64,000 nt of DNA from an uncultured Verrucomicrobiae bacterium (GTDB taxonomy: Bacteria > Verrucomicrobiota > Verrucomicrobiia > Chthoniobacterales > JAFAMB01), in NCBI GenBank assembly GCA_963837955.1, contig CAWIPH010000002.1:2996487-3060486 (forward strand), given 5' to 3'. Numbering within the stretch: position 1 is the first letter of the stretch; each line of letters starts with the position of its first letter. Below, piece by piece: positions 47,011-56,306 of the stretch. The notes under the pieces were generated by a model. It was not told the origin of the DNA. It did not search any database and saw only the letters and a program-made list of their open reading frames with translations. Both the position numbers and the translations under genes were made by a program.

Positions 47011-47215
47011 CAGGGACGAATGAAAGTAGCCCAACACTTTAGTGCTGGGTTAGCGTTTTTTTACCCGAGACGTCCGGACGATCGACCCTTATCTGTTCTC
47101 ATGAAGTTACATTAAGGCCCAAGAGGCGAACGTTTCTATCGTCCCCTACGGAACGGACGCGTCTTTTGCACCATTCCCCAGCAATAAATTGCTGGGCTAC
47201 TTTCATTCGTCCCTG
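47011..47215. repeat. ~205-bp imperfect palindrome (MITE/REP-like element), two ~40-bp arms each carrying its own small hairpin
   Basis: The left arm 47011-47049 reads cagggacgaatgaaagtagcccaacactttagtgctggg. The right arm 47177-47215 reads cccagcaataaattgctgggctactttcattcgtccctg. The outer 23 nt are perfectly complementary. Weaker inner complementarity also exists (gagacgtccg / cggacgcgtct). Confidence 0.7.
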
Positions 47216-48696
47216 GGGGGCTTGTCGGACTTTTCAATTGGGTAGCAGATCTGGTAAAAAGGTGGATGCCAGAGCGATATGTAGTCATTGATCGGCAGAC
47301 GCCGATGTTGTTGCCGGTCGATTTGCGAGATTGGGTGGCAAAGGATGATTTGGCGCGCTTGATAGCGGAGGCGATCGATCAATGCGATCTACGGCTAGCT
47401 TGTACCAATGAGCGGGGTAGCGGTAGTGCGCAGTATCCGCCTGGAATGATGTTGGGCTTACTGATTTACGCTTATGCGCGAGGAGTATTTTCTTCCCGGC
47501 GCATCGAACAACTCAGTTACGAAAGCCTTTCGGTGCGTTACTTGTGTGGCAACACCCATCCGGATCACGATACCATCGCGAAGTTTCGGCGAGAGAACGG
47601 AGCGTTATTTCGAGAGTGTTTCCGTAGCGTGTTATTGTTGGCGCGGGAATTAGGATTGGTTCGAGTGGGCAAGCTAGCAGTGGATGGAACGCGACTGGAA
47701 GCCAACGCCAATCGCCATCGCTTCAGCACGCGGGAGCAATTAGAGCAAGAAAGGGCTCGAGTCGAAGAGCTCATTAGCGAGCTGATCCAACGAGGGGAAG
47801 CGGCTGATCAAGCTGAAGAGGGCGAAGCAGAGACTGAAGGCTTGCCAGCGGAGTTAGCCGATGGGCAAAAGCGCCGTAAGGCCATCAAAGAAGCTCTAGA
47901 GCGCATCAAGCAACGAGAAGCCCAGCAGCAAGCCGAAAAAGAGCAATTAGCCCAGAGCGGTCGTCAGAGCCAGGCCAAGGAGGTACGGATGAATTTGACC
48001 GATCCAGACTGTGGGATCTTACACCGTAAAGGGGCAGGTACAGTCATTGGCTATAACGCCCAAATTGGAGTCGATATCCAAGGTGCAGGCCTGATTGTGA
48101 CTAATGCCGTCAGTGCCAAAGGGGGCGACGCGGAGTTATTGAACCAAGTCCTTGAGCAGCTCGCTCCCGAGTTAGGAGCAGTAAAGGAAGTGGTCGTCGA
48201 TTGTGGCTATGAGAGCGGACCCAAAGCCTATGAGCTGGAAAAGAGCCTTGGCACCAAAGTCTATTATCCTCCCCGTCCGATCCAAGTCAGTGCTAGTGGA
48301 CCAAAACATCGCAACAGCCATAGGCAACGCTTGGCGCGACACATGCGTTATTTAATCAAAAAACGCATCGAGTCCCCCCACGGACAGTGGTTGCAACGTC
48401 GGCGCCAAACGGTAGCTGAGGGTGCTTTTGGTTTTATCAAACGCGCGTTGGGCTTTCAGCGCTTCAGTCTACGCGGCTTGCAAAAAGTTCAGACCGAATG
48501 GCAACTAGTCTGCTTGGCCTTTAACCTGCGCAAACTGGCCTAAAGAAAACAAAAAGGCTCTGCACCTACCCGCAGCTCCCTTCGCGGAAAATTACGGCTT
48601 ACCTCAAAGCTGATCGCAATCCTCCCCTTTACCGTCTCCCTTCCGCCAAAAAAAAGCGGAAAAAACATCACGAAGTCCGACGGCCCCCGGAGGGAC
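47209..48696 (+). mobile_element. Insertion sequence, IS1182/IS5-like, single transposase gene with ~24-bp imperfect terminal inverted repeats
   Basis: The left end 47209-47232 reads gtccctggggggcttgtcggactt. The reverse complement of the right end 48673-48696 reads gtccctccgggggccgtcggactt. These bracket the transposase ORF. The boundaries are approximate and no clear target duplication was seen. Confidence 0.7.
47266..48543 (+). CDS. IS1182/IS5-family DDE transposase
   Basis: The N-terminal transposase domain reads MLLPVDLRDWVAKDDLARLI...GSAQYPPGMMLGLLIYAYARGVFSSRRIE and HPDHDTIAKFRREN. A Glu/Gln-rich linker follows. The C-terminal DDE region reads VVDCGYES...FGFIKRALGFQRFSLRGLQKVQTEWQLVCLAFNLRKL. 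Confidence 0.9.
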   Translation: MPERYVVIDRQTPMLLPVDLRDWVAKDDLARLIAEAIDQCDLRLACTNERGSGSAQYPPGMMLGLLIYAYARGVFSSRRIEQLSYESLSVRYLCGNTHPDHDTIAKFRRENGALFRECFRSVLLLARELGLVRVGKLAVDGTRLEANANRHRFSTREQLEQERARVEELISELIQRGEAADQAEEGEAETEGLPAELADGQKRRKAIKEALERIKQREAQQQAEKEQLAQSGRQSQAKEVRMNLTDPDCGILHRKGAGTVIGYNAQIGVDIQGAGLIVTNAVSAKGGDAELLNQVLEQLAPELGAVKEVVVDCGYESGPKAYELEKSLGTKVYYPPRPIQVSASGPKHRNSHRQRLARHMRYLIKKRIESPHGQWLQRRRQTVAEGAFGFIKRALGFQRFSLRGLQKVQTEWQLVCLAFNLRKLA

Positions 48697-49634
48697 TAGT
48701 TCCCGGAATCGAAACCGGATCCGGTGATCAGTTCGCGGAGTTTGGTAGCTAAATCAGCCGGCGCCAGAAACGCATGTTCGCGAAATAGTTCGGCGTGTTT
48801 GCGGTCGAGCGATTCGAGTTCATTTAGGCGGTGCGGCGCAATATCGCCTACGCTGGCCAATCTACCCTTCGTAAATTGTAAACGGTCGGGATCCACATAG
48901 CCCGCCTGCATGAAGCCTCGGGTCTTCTTCGCGCATCGGCAGGGGTTAGCAGCGTTAACCAGACCGCACTTGTCACTCATGAATTGGTAAAGATCGCGTC
49001 GCGCGCGAGAGAGGAGTTGCCGAAAATTGTCCGGCAAGATCTCCATCGCCTCGGCTCCAACTTCGCTGCTAACACCGAAAATTTCGCCAAGGATGAAAAC
49101 CAAACGCTGGCGACGGTCCAAGCACAAAAGCATCGCGTTCATGCAGGTGAGTCGAGTTTCTTCGACCAGAAGCGGTAGCTCGACCGGAACGGCCTGAGGA
49201 TCAGGCAGATCAAGATTAGGCGTGGCATCAAGTGAACGACCCATATCGGTAAAGGTCATCCTCTCTTCCATTTCGGTTTTGCGCACGTTAAGCAGGTGAT
49301 TGACAGCGATACGATACAACCAGGTCCGAAATTGGCTCTGACCCCGGAATGTGCTCAGCTTCGTTACGATCTTGATAAGGATTTCTTGGGTGGCGTCCTC
49401 AGCCAGATCGCGCCGCCACATCATTCGGATAGCGATATTAAAAACCCAAGGCTGGTGGCGACGTACCAATTTCTCCAGGGCGACCTCGTCACCAGCCTGA
49501 GCCTTGGAAACAAGCTCCTCATCCCCGGGCCCGTTGCTCTCCGTTGCAATTTGAGCAAAGGGGTTGGCCCATTCTCCTCGGGTTTCAGCACCAAAAATTT
49601 CGTTGGATGTGTTCGTTATGTCCAATTTAGACAT
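48696..49634 (-). CDS. ECF-type sigma-70 family factor with a C-terminal extension of about 110 aa
   Basis: Region 2 reads LVRRHQPWVFNIAIRMMWRRDLAEDATQEILIKI. Region 4 reads LDRRQRLVFILGEIFGVSSEVGAEAMEILPDNFRQLLSRARRDL. The extension contains C-x8-C-x-C (CGLVNAANPCRCAKK). The ATG is at 49634; the ORF-track start at 49664 is a TTG. Confidence 0.8.
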   Translation of the reverse strand: MSKLDITNTSNEIFGAETRGEWANPFAQIATESNGPGDEELVSKAQAGDEVALEKLVRRHQPWVFNIAIRMMWRRDLAEDATQEILIKIVTKLSTFRGQSQFRTWLYRIAVNHLLNVRKTEMEERMTFTDMGRSLDATPNLDLPDPQAVPVELPLLVEETRLTCMNAMLLCLDRRQRLVFILGEIFGVSSEVGAEAMEILPDNFRQLLSRARRDLYQFMSDKCGLVNAANPCRCAKKTRGFMQAGYVDPDRLQFTKGRLASVGDIAPHRLNELESLDRKHAELFREHAFLAPADLATKLRELITGSGFDSGN

Positions 49635-49878
49635 TTTGAAAAAACTATTGTGACAGTGATCCAAATTAAAGAGCTTGTTAAGCGCTCGCCTATTCCGACG
49701 GCAAATTCTCTAAGAGCCTCTCATCAGTTCCAGCCTCATTCTAGGGGGCGATCCATAGCGCCACTCAGAACGCTTATAGAGTGACCCGATCGGGTTGAGG
49801 CCGACTCTGTACCTTGGCAAGGGCTCAAACCGGATTTGCGGAAATGAGCGAAGACAGGGGTCACGTAATAGGCTGGGC

Positions 49879-50259
49879 TCACCTGGCGGAAGACGCTCTG
49901 CGCCCGCATTCTGTCAGATCAACGCATCGGCAACGGGCCACCCTGTCTACTAGGCTGCGCATCAGTAATAGGCGGGCCATCTGCGCGTCGAGCTCGTGCC
50001 GTTTCTCTTGAGCCAGCTTGCGCCAACGCTGAGATGGTGGGACGTCCGGATCGAAACCGTTCACGAGTCTGCGTATCTCAGCAAGCCGGAAGCCACAAGC
50101 CTTGGCCAGCCGAAGGACGGCGACTTGGTCCACATCCCCCGACCGATACCGTCTCCGCCCGCCAATACGCTCGGGTCGAGGTAGTAAATCGATTCGTTCG
50201 TAGTAGCGAATCGTCGATGTAGGCACTCCACACTTTGCCGCGAGTTGGCCGATAGTCAT
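49879..50259 (-). CDS. MerR-family transcriptional regulator
   Basis: The ATG at 50259 gives MTIGQLAAKCGVPTSTIRYYERIDLLP..R..GGRRRY, the MerR HTH signature. A coiled-coil dimerisation helix follows. The C-terminus has C-x-C-x5-C (RCRCVDLTECG). Confidence 0.85.
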   Translation of the reverse strand: MTIGQLAAKCGVPTSTIRYYERIDLLPRPERIGGRRRYRSGDVDQVAVLRLAKACGFRLAEIRRLVNGFDPDVPPSQRWRKLAQEKRHELDAQMARLLLMRSLVDRVARCRCVDLTECGRRASSAR

Positions 50260-50276
50260 AGAAGTTGCTCCGAGCG

Positions 50277-50299
50277 CTTGACTTAAACCGTACTTCAAG
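50277..50299. promoter_or_regulatory. Candidate MerR operator/promoter element in the divergent intergenic region
   Basis: It consists of CTTGA-N13-TCAAG with an embedded TTGACT (-35-like). It lies between the merR-like start (50259) and the GGAGG + ATG of the divergent gene (50302/50315). The dyad is short, so this is tentative. Confidence 0.25.
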
Positions 50300-50314
50300 T
50301 CGGAGGATTCGGCT

Positions 50315-50714
50315 ATGAAGATAGCGGCAGTTTTGTTCGGGTCCTTGTTCTGCGCATTTGCGGTAGCCGAGGACGTTCCATCACCGGCTTTGGCCTGTAA
50401 TCCCAATGGGATCGATGCGGCGGAATGGCCTCACTATGAGAAACTTTTGGGTCTGCTGTACAGCGCGGCAAGGGAGCGGCGCGAGCTTTCCGACGGGTAC
50501 ACTGTTCCGGCTGGATGGCAAAAAGATTTCCCTGCAAGAGACCGCACAGTGGATAAGCCTGGAACGCCTTTGTTGTCCTTTCCTGACATTTCAGGTCGAG
50601 GTCACCGGCGCAACGGACGATTGCTGGTTGACACTCAAGGGTCCCTCGGGGGTCAAAGCTTTCCTTGATGCCGAGCTGGCAATCGTACCAGTCCGGAACA
50701 AAGTCGGCCCCTAA
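50315..50714 (+). pseudogene. Small Cys-containing protein divergent from the MerR gene, apparently split by a +1 frameshift near 50504
   Basis: ORF 50315..50668 has a good RBS and a plausible N-terminus up to ...RELSDGYT, then a low-complexity R/G/P tail. The +1 frame (ORF 50406..50714) reads FRLDGKKISLQETAQWISLERLCCPFLTFQVEVTGATDDCWLTLKGPSGVKAFLDAEL from 50505 onward. Joined, the two halves give a coherent protein of about 133 aa. Confidence 0.45.
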
Positions 50715-50805
50715 CGTTAGGCGAAAACTCTCCGCCAAGGCGCACCAAAGTTTAGCAAGGAATCGGGTGCGCGAGGAAGGTTCGTGTCCGAGCGCTTCCC
50801 GTCAG

Positions 50806-51795
50806 TTACTCTGGGCGTTCGGAGAAATCCGAGCAGTCGCGTTTCAGCAACTCTGCCGCCGTAGGCTCATCCACGATCAACTCGGTCATCAGACCGCCGC
50901 GCAGAGCTGCGCGCAATCCGTCTACCTTGCCCAGACCCGAAACTACGCAAAGAGCGTGCTTGGCCTCTTGAAAGATTGTTAGATCCGGACCGCTGGCCCG
51001 ATGGTTAATTGGGATGTCGTGGAAGCTACCGTCCGCTCGAAAAAAAACTGTGGCGATATCACCGACCGCACCCGCCTTCTTCAGCTCACGAAAATCCCCC
51101 TTTTCCAAATAGCCGCCAACGTAAACATGGCTCGGGACACGCGCACCAAAAGCGCCGATGCTGTAAACCAGCAAGTCGGTGCGGGCGATCATTTTCAAGA
51201 TCCGTTGAACTGAACGTTCTCGGAGCATTGCGGTTTTCGTCTGGGGAAAATCAAAAAAAGTCGGAACAGGAAAGAGATGGGCCCGGGCCCCGTAATTCAA
51301 GGCAAAGCGGCTATAAATTTCGCCAATATAGAAATTGTTAAATGCCAGAATATTGGCCGAACCGTTCAATTGCACTAGATCGACGTTTTTACATGGTTTT
51401 GGCAGCAACCGCCGGGAAATAGCATCCAGCGTCGTTCCCCAAGCGATTCCGACCGTCATCTCGGAGTGAATTAATCCATTGAGATGATTCGCCGCGAAGT
51501 TGCCTACACGTTCCAGCCACTCATCTTCGCGCGAGTTGGCTGGCACTGGAATAACCCTAACTTGTCCTACCTGGAACTGTCTTTGAATTGCTTGCTCTAG
51601 CTCTTGCGGGTGAGCTAGTGAATCCTGAATTCGAATCTCTACCAGGCCACTCGACCGGGCAAAGCTGAGCAGGCGCGACACCTTTGGACGAGAAAGCTTC
51701 AACTCGGCGGCGATCGCTTCGGTTGTTAACCCCTGATAATAATAGAGTCGGGCGACCTGAACCGCCGAAGCCCTTTGTTGCTCGGATGGCGACAT
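50806..51795 (-). CDS. SorC/DeoR-type sugar-binding transcriptional regulator
   Basis: The ATG at 51795 gives MSPSEQQRASAVQVARLYYYQGLTTEAIAAELKLSRPKVSRLLSFARSSGLVEIRI, the SorC-family HTH. A sugar-phosphate-binding domain follows. The gene is divergent from glpF. Confidence 0.85.
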   Translation of the reverse strand: MSPSEQQRASAVQVARLYYYQGLTTEAIAAELKLSRPKVSRLLSFARSSGLVEIRIQDSLAHPQELEQAIQRQFQVGQVRVIPVPANSREDEWLERVGNFAANHLNGLIHSEMTVGIAWGTTLDAISRRLLPKPCKNVDLVQLNGSANILAFNNFYIGEIYSRFALNYGARAHLFPVPTFFDFPQTKTAMLRERSVQRILKMIARTDLLVYSIGAFGARVPSHVYVGGYLEKGDFRELKKAGAVGDIATVFFRADGSFHDIPINHRASGPDLTIFQEAKHALCVVSGLGKVDGLRAALRGGLMTELIVDEPTAAELLKRDCSDFSERPE

Positions 51796-52139
51796 CGTGA
51801 AAGGCAGACCATATACTACAGAGATGCCTTCCGTCGAGGACAGTGAACAAAGGTTCAAACTCATTGACAAACTGTTCAGTGTGCGATAAACGGACACAAT
51901 CAGAGCCACCTCCCCCAGCCTGGTGTGGTCTAGCCGCCTGTTTGCGGTCGACCTTACCGTTCGGTGTACGGCTGGGTTGGTCCAGCTCGCTTAAACCCCA
52001 CCCAAAAACAAAAAACCTGAAGCTTGATTGACCCGCTAATGGGGTCACTCGGGCGATTTGGATTTTTTCAGGTTGTTGGCTCGGCTGCCCACAATCTGAC
52101 CTGTCCAATTAAACACCCCCCAAGACATCTATTCAAATT

Positions 52140-52889
52140 ATGGACATATTCCTTCCAGAACTGATCGGCACCATGCTGCTGATTATCTTCGGCGACGGAG
52201 TCGTTGCAAACGTCGTATTAAGTAAGACGAAAGGACAAAACTCCGGCTGGATTGTTATCGCGACCGGATGGGCGATGGCCGTCGTAGTCGGCGTTTATGC
52301 CGTTGCAGGATACACCGGTGCGCACATTAACCCGGCTGTGACTATCGGCCTCCTCTCGATCGGAAAATTGACCGTCGACAAGGCGATCCTCTACATCCTT
52401 GGTCAGTTTACCGGTGCATTCATCGGCGGCGTCATCGTCTGGTTGGCGTATCACGAGCATTTTGCTGCGACCGAGGACAAAGGGCTAAAATTAGCCGTTT
52501 TCTGCACCGGCCCGGCGCTTCGTACGCCCGGTTGGAACCTTGTAACCGAAATAATTGGTACGTTCGCCCTGGTGTTTGGGGTGCTTTCAATGCTCTCCAC
52601 TCGCAACCTGGTGGAGAAGACCGGTTTGGCTCCGGCTTTAGCTCCTTTTATCGTCGGACTTCTGGTCTGGGGCATCGGCCTTTCGCTCGGTGGTCCGACT
52701 GGGTATGCCATTAACCCGGCGCGTGATCTTGGCCCGCGTATCGCTCATGCTGTACTGCCGATACCGGGGAAAGGTAGCTCCGATTGGGGTTATTCGTGGA
52801 TCCCCGTCGTCGGTCCAATCATCGGTGGCATCCTGGGAGCTCTTATCTATACCTGGACTCTCGGCTCATTTCCCACTCCCACTACTTAA
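52140..52889 (+). CDS. glpF: Glycerol uptake facilitator (aquaglyceroporin, MIP family)
   Basis: It has six TM segments with two NPA boxes (HINPAVTIG and INPARDLGPR). It lies directly upstream of glpK. Confidence 0.9.
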   Translation: MDIFLPELIGTMLLIIFGDGVVANVVLSKTKGQNSGWIVIATGWAMAVVVGVYAVAGYTGAHINPAVTIGLLSIGKLTVDKAILYILGQFTGAFIGGVIVWLAYHEHFAATEDKGLKLAVFCTGPALRTPGWNLVTEIIGTFALVFGVLSMLSTRNLVEKTGLAPALAPFIVGLLVWGIGLSLGGPTGYAINPARDLGPRIAHAVLPIPGKGSSDWGYSWIPVVGPIIGGILGALIYTWTLGSFPTPTT

Positions 52890-52917
52890 ACCACAAAATT
52901 AGAACAGTCTCGATAAT

Positions 52918-54402
52918 ATGAAGTATATACTTGCTCTTGATCAGGGCACCACTAGTTCACGCGCACTCGTCGTTGATCATGACGGGAAAGTCGTGGCGGT
53001 CGCACAAAAAGAATTCACCCAAATCTTCCCGCAACCCGGTTGGGTTGAGCATGATCCAAAGGAGATCTGGGCAAGCCAGATTGGTGTAGCCTCCGAGGCT
53101 CTAAGTCGCGCTGGCGCCTCAGCCAAAGATGTCGCGGCGATCGGTATCACCAATCAACGCGAAACAACCATTGTTTGGGATCGCAAAACCGGTGAACCGA
53201 TTCATAACGCTATCGTTTGGCAGGATCGTCGCACCGCGCCTTTCTGCGACAAGCTGCGCGCGGCTGGGCATGCAAAATTAATTCAGGAGAAGTCGGGACT
53301 GGTAATCGACGCCTACTTCTCTGGAACAAAAGTGAACTGGCTGCTCGACAATGTTCCCGGAGCTCGCGAAAAAGCGAATCGCGGCGAGCTGGCGTTTGGA
53401 ACCGTCGACTCCTGGTTGATCTGGAAACTCACGGATGGAGCTGTTCATGTCACGGACGAGAGCAACGCTTCCCGTACTCTCTTCCTCAATCTGAATACCA
53501 AGCAGTGGGACGATGAGTTATTGGGCATTTTGAACGTTCCACGATCCGTTTTGCCGGAAGTGCGTAGTTCGAGCGAGGTCTACGGAAAAGCCAAAGGTAC
53601 GCTGGAGGGGATCCCGATCGCGGGTATCGCTGGTGACCAGCAGTCCGCTCTGTTCGGGCAAGCCTGCCTGAAACCGGGTATGGCCAAGAACACCTATGGA
53701 ACCGGCAGCTTCATGCTGATTAATACCGGCACTAAACCCGTACCCTCCAAGAACAATATGTTAACCACCATTGCGTGGCGAATCGGTAAAGAGAAAACCG
53801 AATACGCACTGGAAGGTAGCGTCTTCATCACGGGTGCGGTCGTGCAATGGTTACGCGATGGGCTCAAGATCATCCGTACGTCAGCCGAAGTGGAAGAGTT
53901 GGCCGGATCAGTTCCCGATAACGGCGGCGTCTACTTGGTTCCGGCGTTTGTTGGATTGGGAGCTCCGCATTGGGATGCGTACGCACGAGGCACAATCGTT
54001 GGTTTGACCCGTGGTTCGACCGCGGCTCACATTGCACGTGCTGCCTTGGAGGGTATAGCCTACCAGGTGGCCGATGTTCTGTTTGCCATGGAAGCGGACT
54101 CGGGGGTAAAGCTCGCGGAACTCCGCGTCGATGGTGGCGCTGCCGGCAATAACCTCCTAATGCAATTCCAGGCAGATATTCTAGGAATTCCGGTTGTGCG
54201 CACCGCCAACCCCGAGGCGACCGCGTTCGGCTCTGTGTATCTCGCCGGATTGGCCGTAGGCTTCTATAAATCGACCGACGATATTGTTGCCCAATGGGCA
54301 TCAGATCGCACGTTCCAGCCCAAGATGTCAGCGGATCAGCGACAGAAATTGCAAGCCGAATGGAAGAAGGCTCTAGGGCGCGCCAAGGGCTGGCTCAGTT
54401 AG
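52918..54402 (+). CDS. glpK: Glycerol kinase
   Basis: The canonical N-terminus reads [61 protein letters not shown] and the FGGY C-terminal domain are present. Confidence 0.95.
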   Translation: MKYILALDQGTTSSRALVVDHDGKVVAVAQKEFTQIFPQPGWVEHDPKEIWASQIGVASEALSRAGASAKDVAAIGITNQRETTIVWDRKTGEPIHNAIVWQDRRTAPFCDKLRAAGHAKLIQEKSGLVIDAYFSGTKVNWLLDNVPGAREKANRGELAFGTVDSWLIWKLTDGAVHVTDESNASRTLFLNLNTKQWDDELLGILNVPRSVLPEVRSSSEVYGKAKGTLEGIPIAGIAGDQQSALFGQACLKPGMAKNTYGTGSFMLINTGTKPVPSKNNMLTTIAWRIGKEKTEYALEGSVFITGAVVQWLRDGLKIIRTSAEVEELAGSVPDNGGVYLVPAFVGLGAPHWDAYARGTIVGLTRGSTAAHIARAALEGIAYQVADVLFAMEADSGVKLAELRVDGGAAGNNLLMQFQADILGIPVVRTANPEATAFGSVYLAGLAVGFYKSTDDIVAQWASDRTFQPKMSADQRQKLQAEWKKALGRAKGWLS

Positions 54403-54406
54403 ATTC

Positions 54407-55975
54407 GTGAACAGGGAGGTCGCTATACAGGCAATCTCGGACCGCTCCCAGGTCTGGGATTGCCTCGTAATCGGGGGCGGTGCCACAGGGCTGGGCACTG
54501 CTCTCGAAGCTGCGTCGCGTGGTTATCAGGTCTTATTGGTCGAGAGACACGATTTCGCCAAAGGCACGTCTAGTCGATCGACCAAACTCGTTCACGGAGG
54601 CGTTCGCTACCTCGAACAGGGGAACATCGGACTCGTGCGCGGAGCGTTGCATGAACGCGGCCTACTAATGCAGAACGCAGCCCATCTCGCTCATCCACTC
54701 CAGTTCATTATCCCAGCCTACCGATATTGGGAGCTGCCGTTCTATGGCGTCGGGCTAAAAGTTTATGACGCGCTTGCTGGCGCTCTTTCGCTGGGAAAAT
54801 CGCGCGTCCTCAGCAGAAAAAAAGTTGTCTCCCAGTTGCCAAACGTCGAAGGAGCCGGACTGAAAGGCGGGATATCTTATTTCGATGGTCAGTTCGACGA
54901 TTCTCGATTAGCAATTTCCCTTCTCCGCACCATCCAGGATCAAGGTGGGTTTGTAGCAAATTACACCGAGGCGGTATCGCTGACCAAGGAGAGCGGCAAA
55001 ATTTGTGGGGCGGTGATCCGCGACACCGAAACAGGCCAAGAGCACTCCGTTCGAGCGAAAGTGATCATCAATGCGACGGGGATTTTTTCTGATGCTATTC
55101 GAGATTTGGATGACCCGCAAGCGGTCGACATCATTGCAGTCGCACAAGGCTCCCACCTCGTTCTTCCGGAGAAATTTCTTAAGAGTAAGTCGGCCTTAAT
55201 GGTACCCAAGACCTCAGATGGTCGCGTTCTCTTCGCGATTCCATGGCACGACCGACTCGTCGTCGGAACGACCGATTTCGGCGTGCCAAAGCCGGAGGAA
55301 GAGCCATGGATCCAACCGCATGAAGTCGACTTCATCCTTTCCGAAGCTGCTAAGTACCTGGCCGAAGATCCGACTGAAAGCGACGTACTAGCATGCTACA
55401 CCGGGCTTCGTCCATTGGTGAAGCACGCTGGCAGTAAGAGTACGGCCGCGCTATCTCGCGATCACACTGTACTTGTCTCTGAGTCCGGTCTGGTGACGAT
55501 TACTGGTGGTAAATGGACTACCTATCGTCACATGGGTGAGGATTGTTTGAACCACGCCGAAGAAGTTGCAGGTTTCGAACACAGACCATCCAAGACCGCC
55601 GATCTGCGTCTCCACGGCAACTCGGCTGCTTCTGAGATCTTCGCTGCACCGGAGCATCTTGCCGTGTACGGAACGGATCGCAAAAGTATCGAGCAGATGG
55701 CCAAGGCAGACGCGAAAGAGGGCGACAGGCTACACAGTCGTTTGCCCTATTTAGTCGCCGAGGCAAACTGGGCGATCGACCACGAAATGGCTCGAACGAT
55801 TGAAGACGTACTGTCGCGCCGGACTCGAGCGCTTCTGCTCGATTCTAAGGCTGCCGTGGAGGCGGCGCCTCGGGTGGCTCGGCTCTTGGCGGAAAAATTG
55901 GTACGCGATGCCGCTTGGGAAGCCAAACAAGTTCAAGAATTTTCCGAGCTAGCAAAGCACTATTCACTCAACTGA
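54407..55975 (+). CDS. glpD: FAD-dependent glycerol-3-phosphate dehydrogenase
   Basis: It has a GTG start. The dinucleotide fold reads VIGGGATGLGTALEAASRGYQVLLVERHDFAKGTSSRSTKLVHGGVRYLEQ. It is the third gene of the glpFKD arrangement. Confidence 0.9.
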   Translation: MNREVAIQAISDRSQVWDCLVIGGGATGLGTALEAASRGYQVLLVERHDFAKGTSSRSTKLVHGGVRYLEQGNIGLVRGALHERGLLMQNAAHLAHPLQFIIPAYRYWELPFYGVGLKVYDALAGALSLGKSRVLSRKKVVSQLPNVEGAGLKGGISYFDGQFDDSRLAISLLRTIQDQGGFVANYTEAVSLTKESGKICGAVIRDTETGQEHSVRAKVIINATGIFSDAIRDLDDPQAVDIIAVAQGSHLVLPEKFLKSKSALMVPKTSDGRVLFAIPWHDRLVVGTTDFGVPKPEEEPWIQPHEVDFILSEAAKYLAEDPTESDVLACYTGLRPLVKHAGSKSTAALSRDHTVLVSESGLVTITGGKWTTYRHMGEDCLNHAEEVAGFEHRPSKTADLRLHGNSAASEIFAAPEHLAVYGTDRKSIEQMAKADAKEGDRLHSRLPYLVAEANWAIDHEMARTIEDVLSRRTRALLLDSKAAVEAAPRVARLLAEKLVRDAAWEAKQVQEFSELAKHYSLN

Positions 55976-56306
55976 GGCTAGTCGCAACGAGCCTCTTCCA
56001 TACTCGGCTCTTCGGCCAAATCTTAATCCGCCTGATGCGCACTGGGCAGATCATAAACGCCGGCGCTGAATCTGGAAATTCATTCGAACGGTTCGGCAGC
56101 CAACGGCTACGAAGTGACGTCTCCGTCACCTCATAACGGAACCCGCTGGCATCGAGAATTTCGCCTTAGCGCGATCGGCGAACCAATCGGTATTTCCGTT
56201 TTAGCTGTTGCTTCAGCCGGGACAAAGGAAGCTCCCACGCATTTTGCGAACTGTCTCATGAGCCTCAGTCATGATTTGGTCGTTCGTCCCCGCGAAAGTC
56301 TTCCAA

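Noticed and set aside
51557-52108. 183-aa minus-strand ORF spanning the SorC-regulator N-terminus and the glpF upstream region
   Set aside because: It overlaps the well-supported SorC HTH region in another frame and has a low-complexity composition. The region 51796-52139 is more likely the divergent glp promoter/operator region.
55975-55996. Hairpin gaggct-N10-agcctc just after glpD; considered as a terminator
   Set aside because: The stem is only 6 bp with a 10-nt loop and a weak T tail (ttcc). It is too marginal to annotate.
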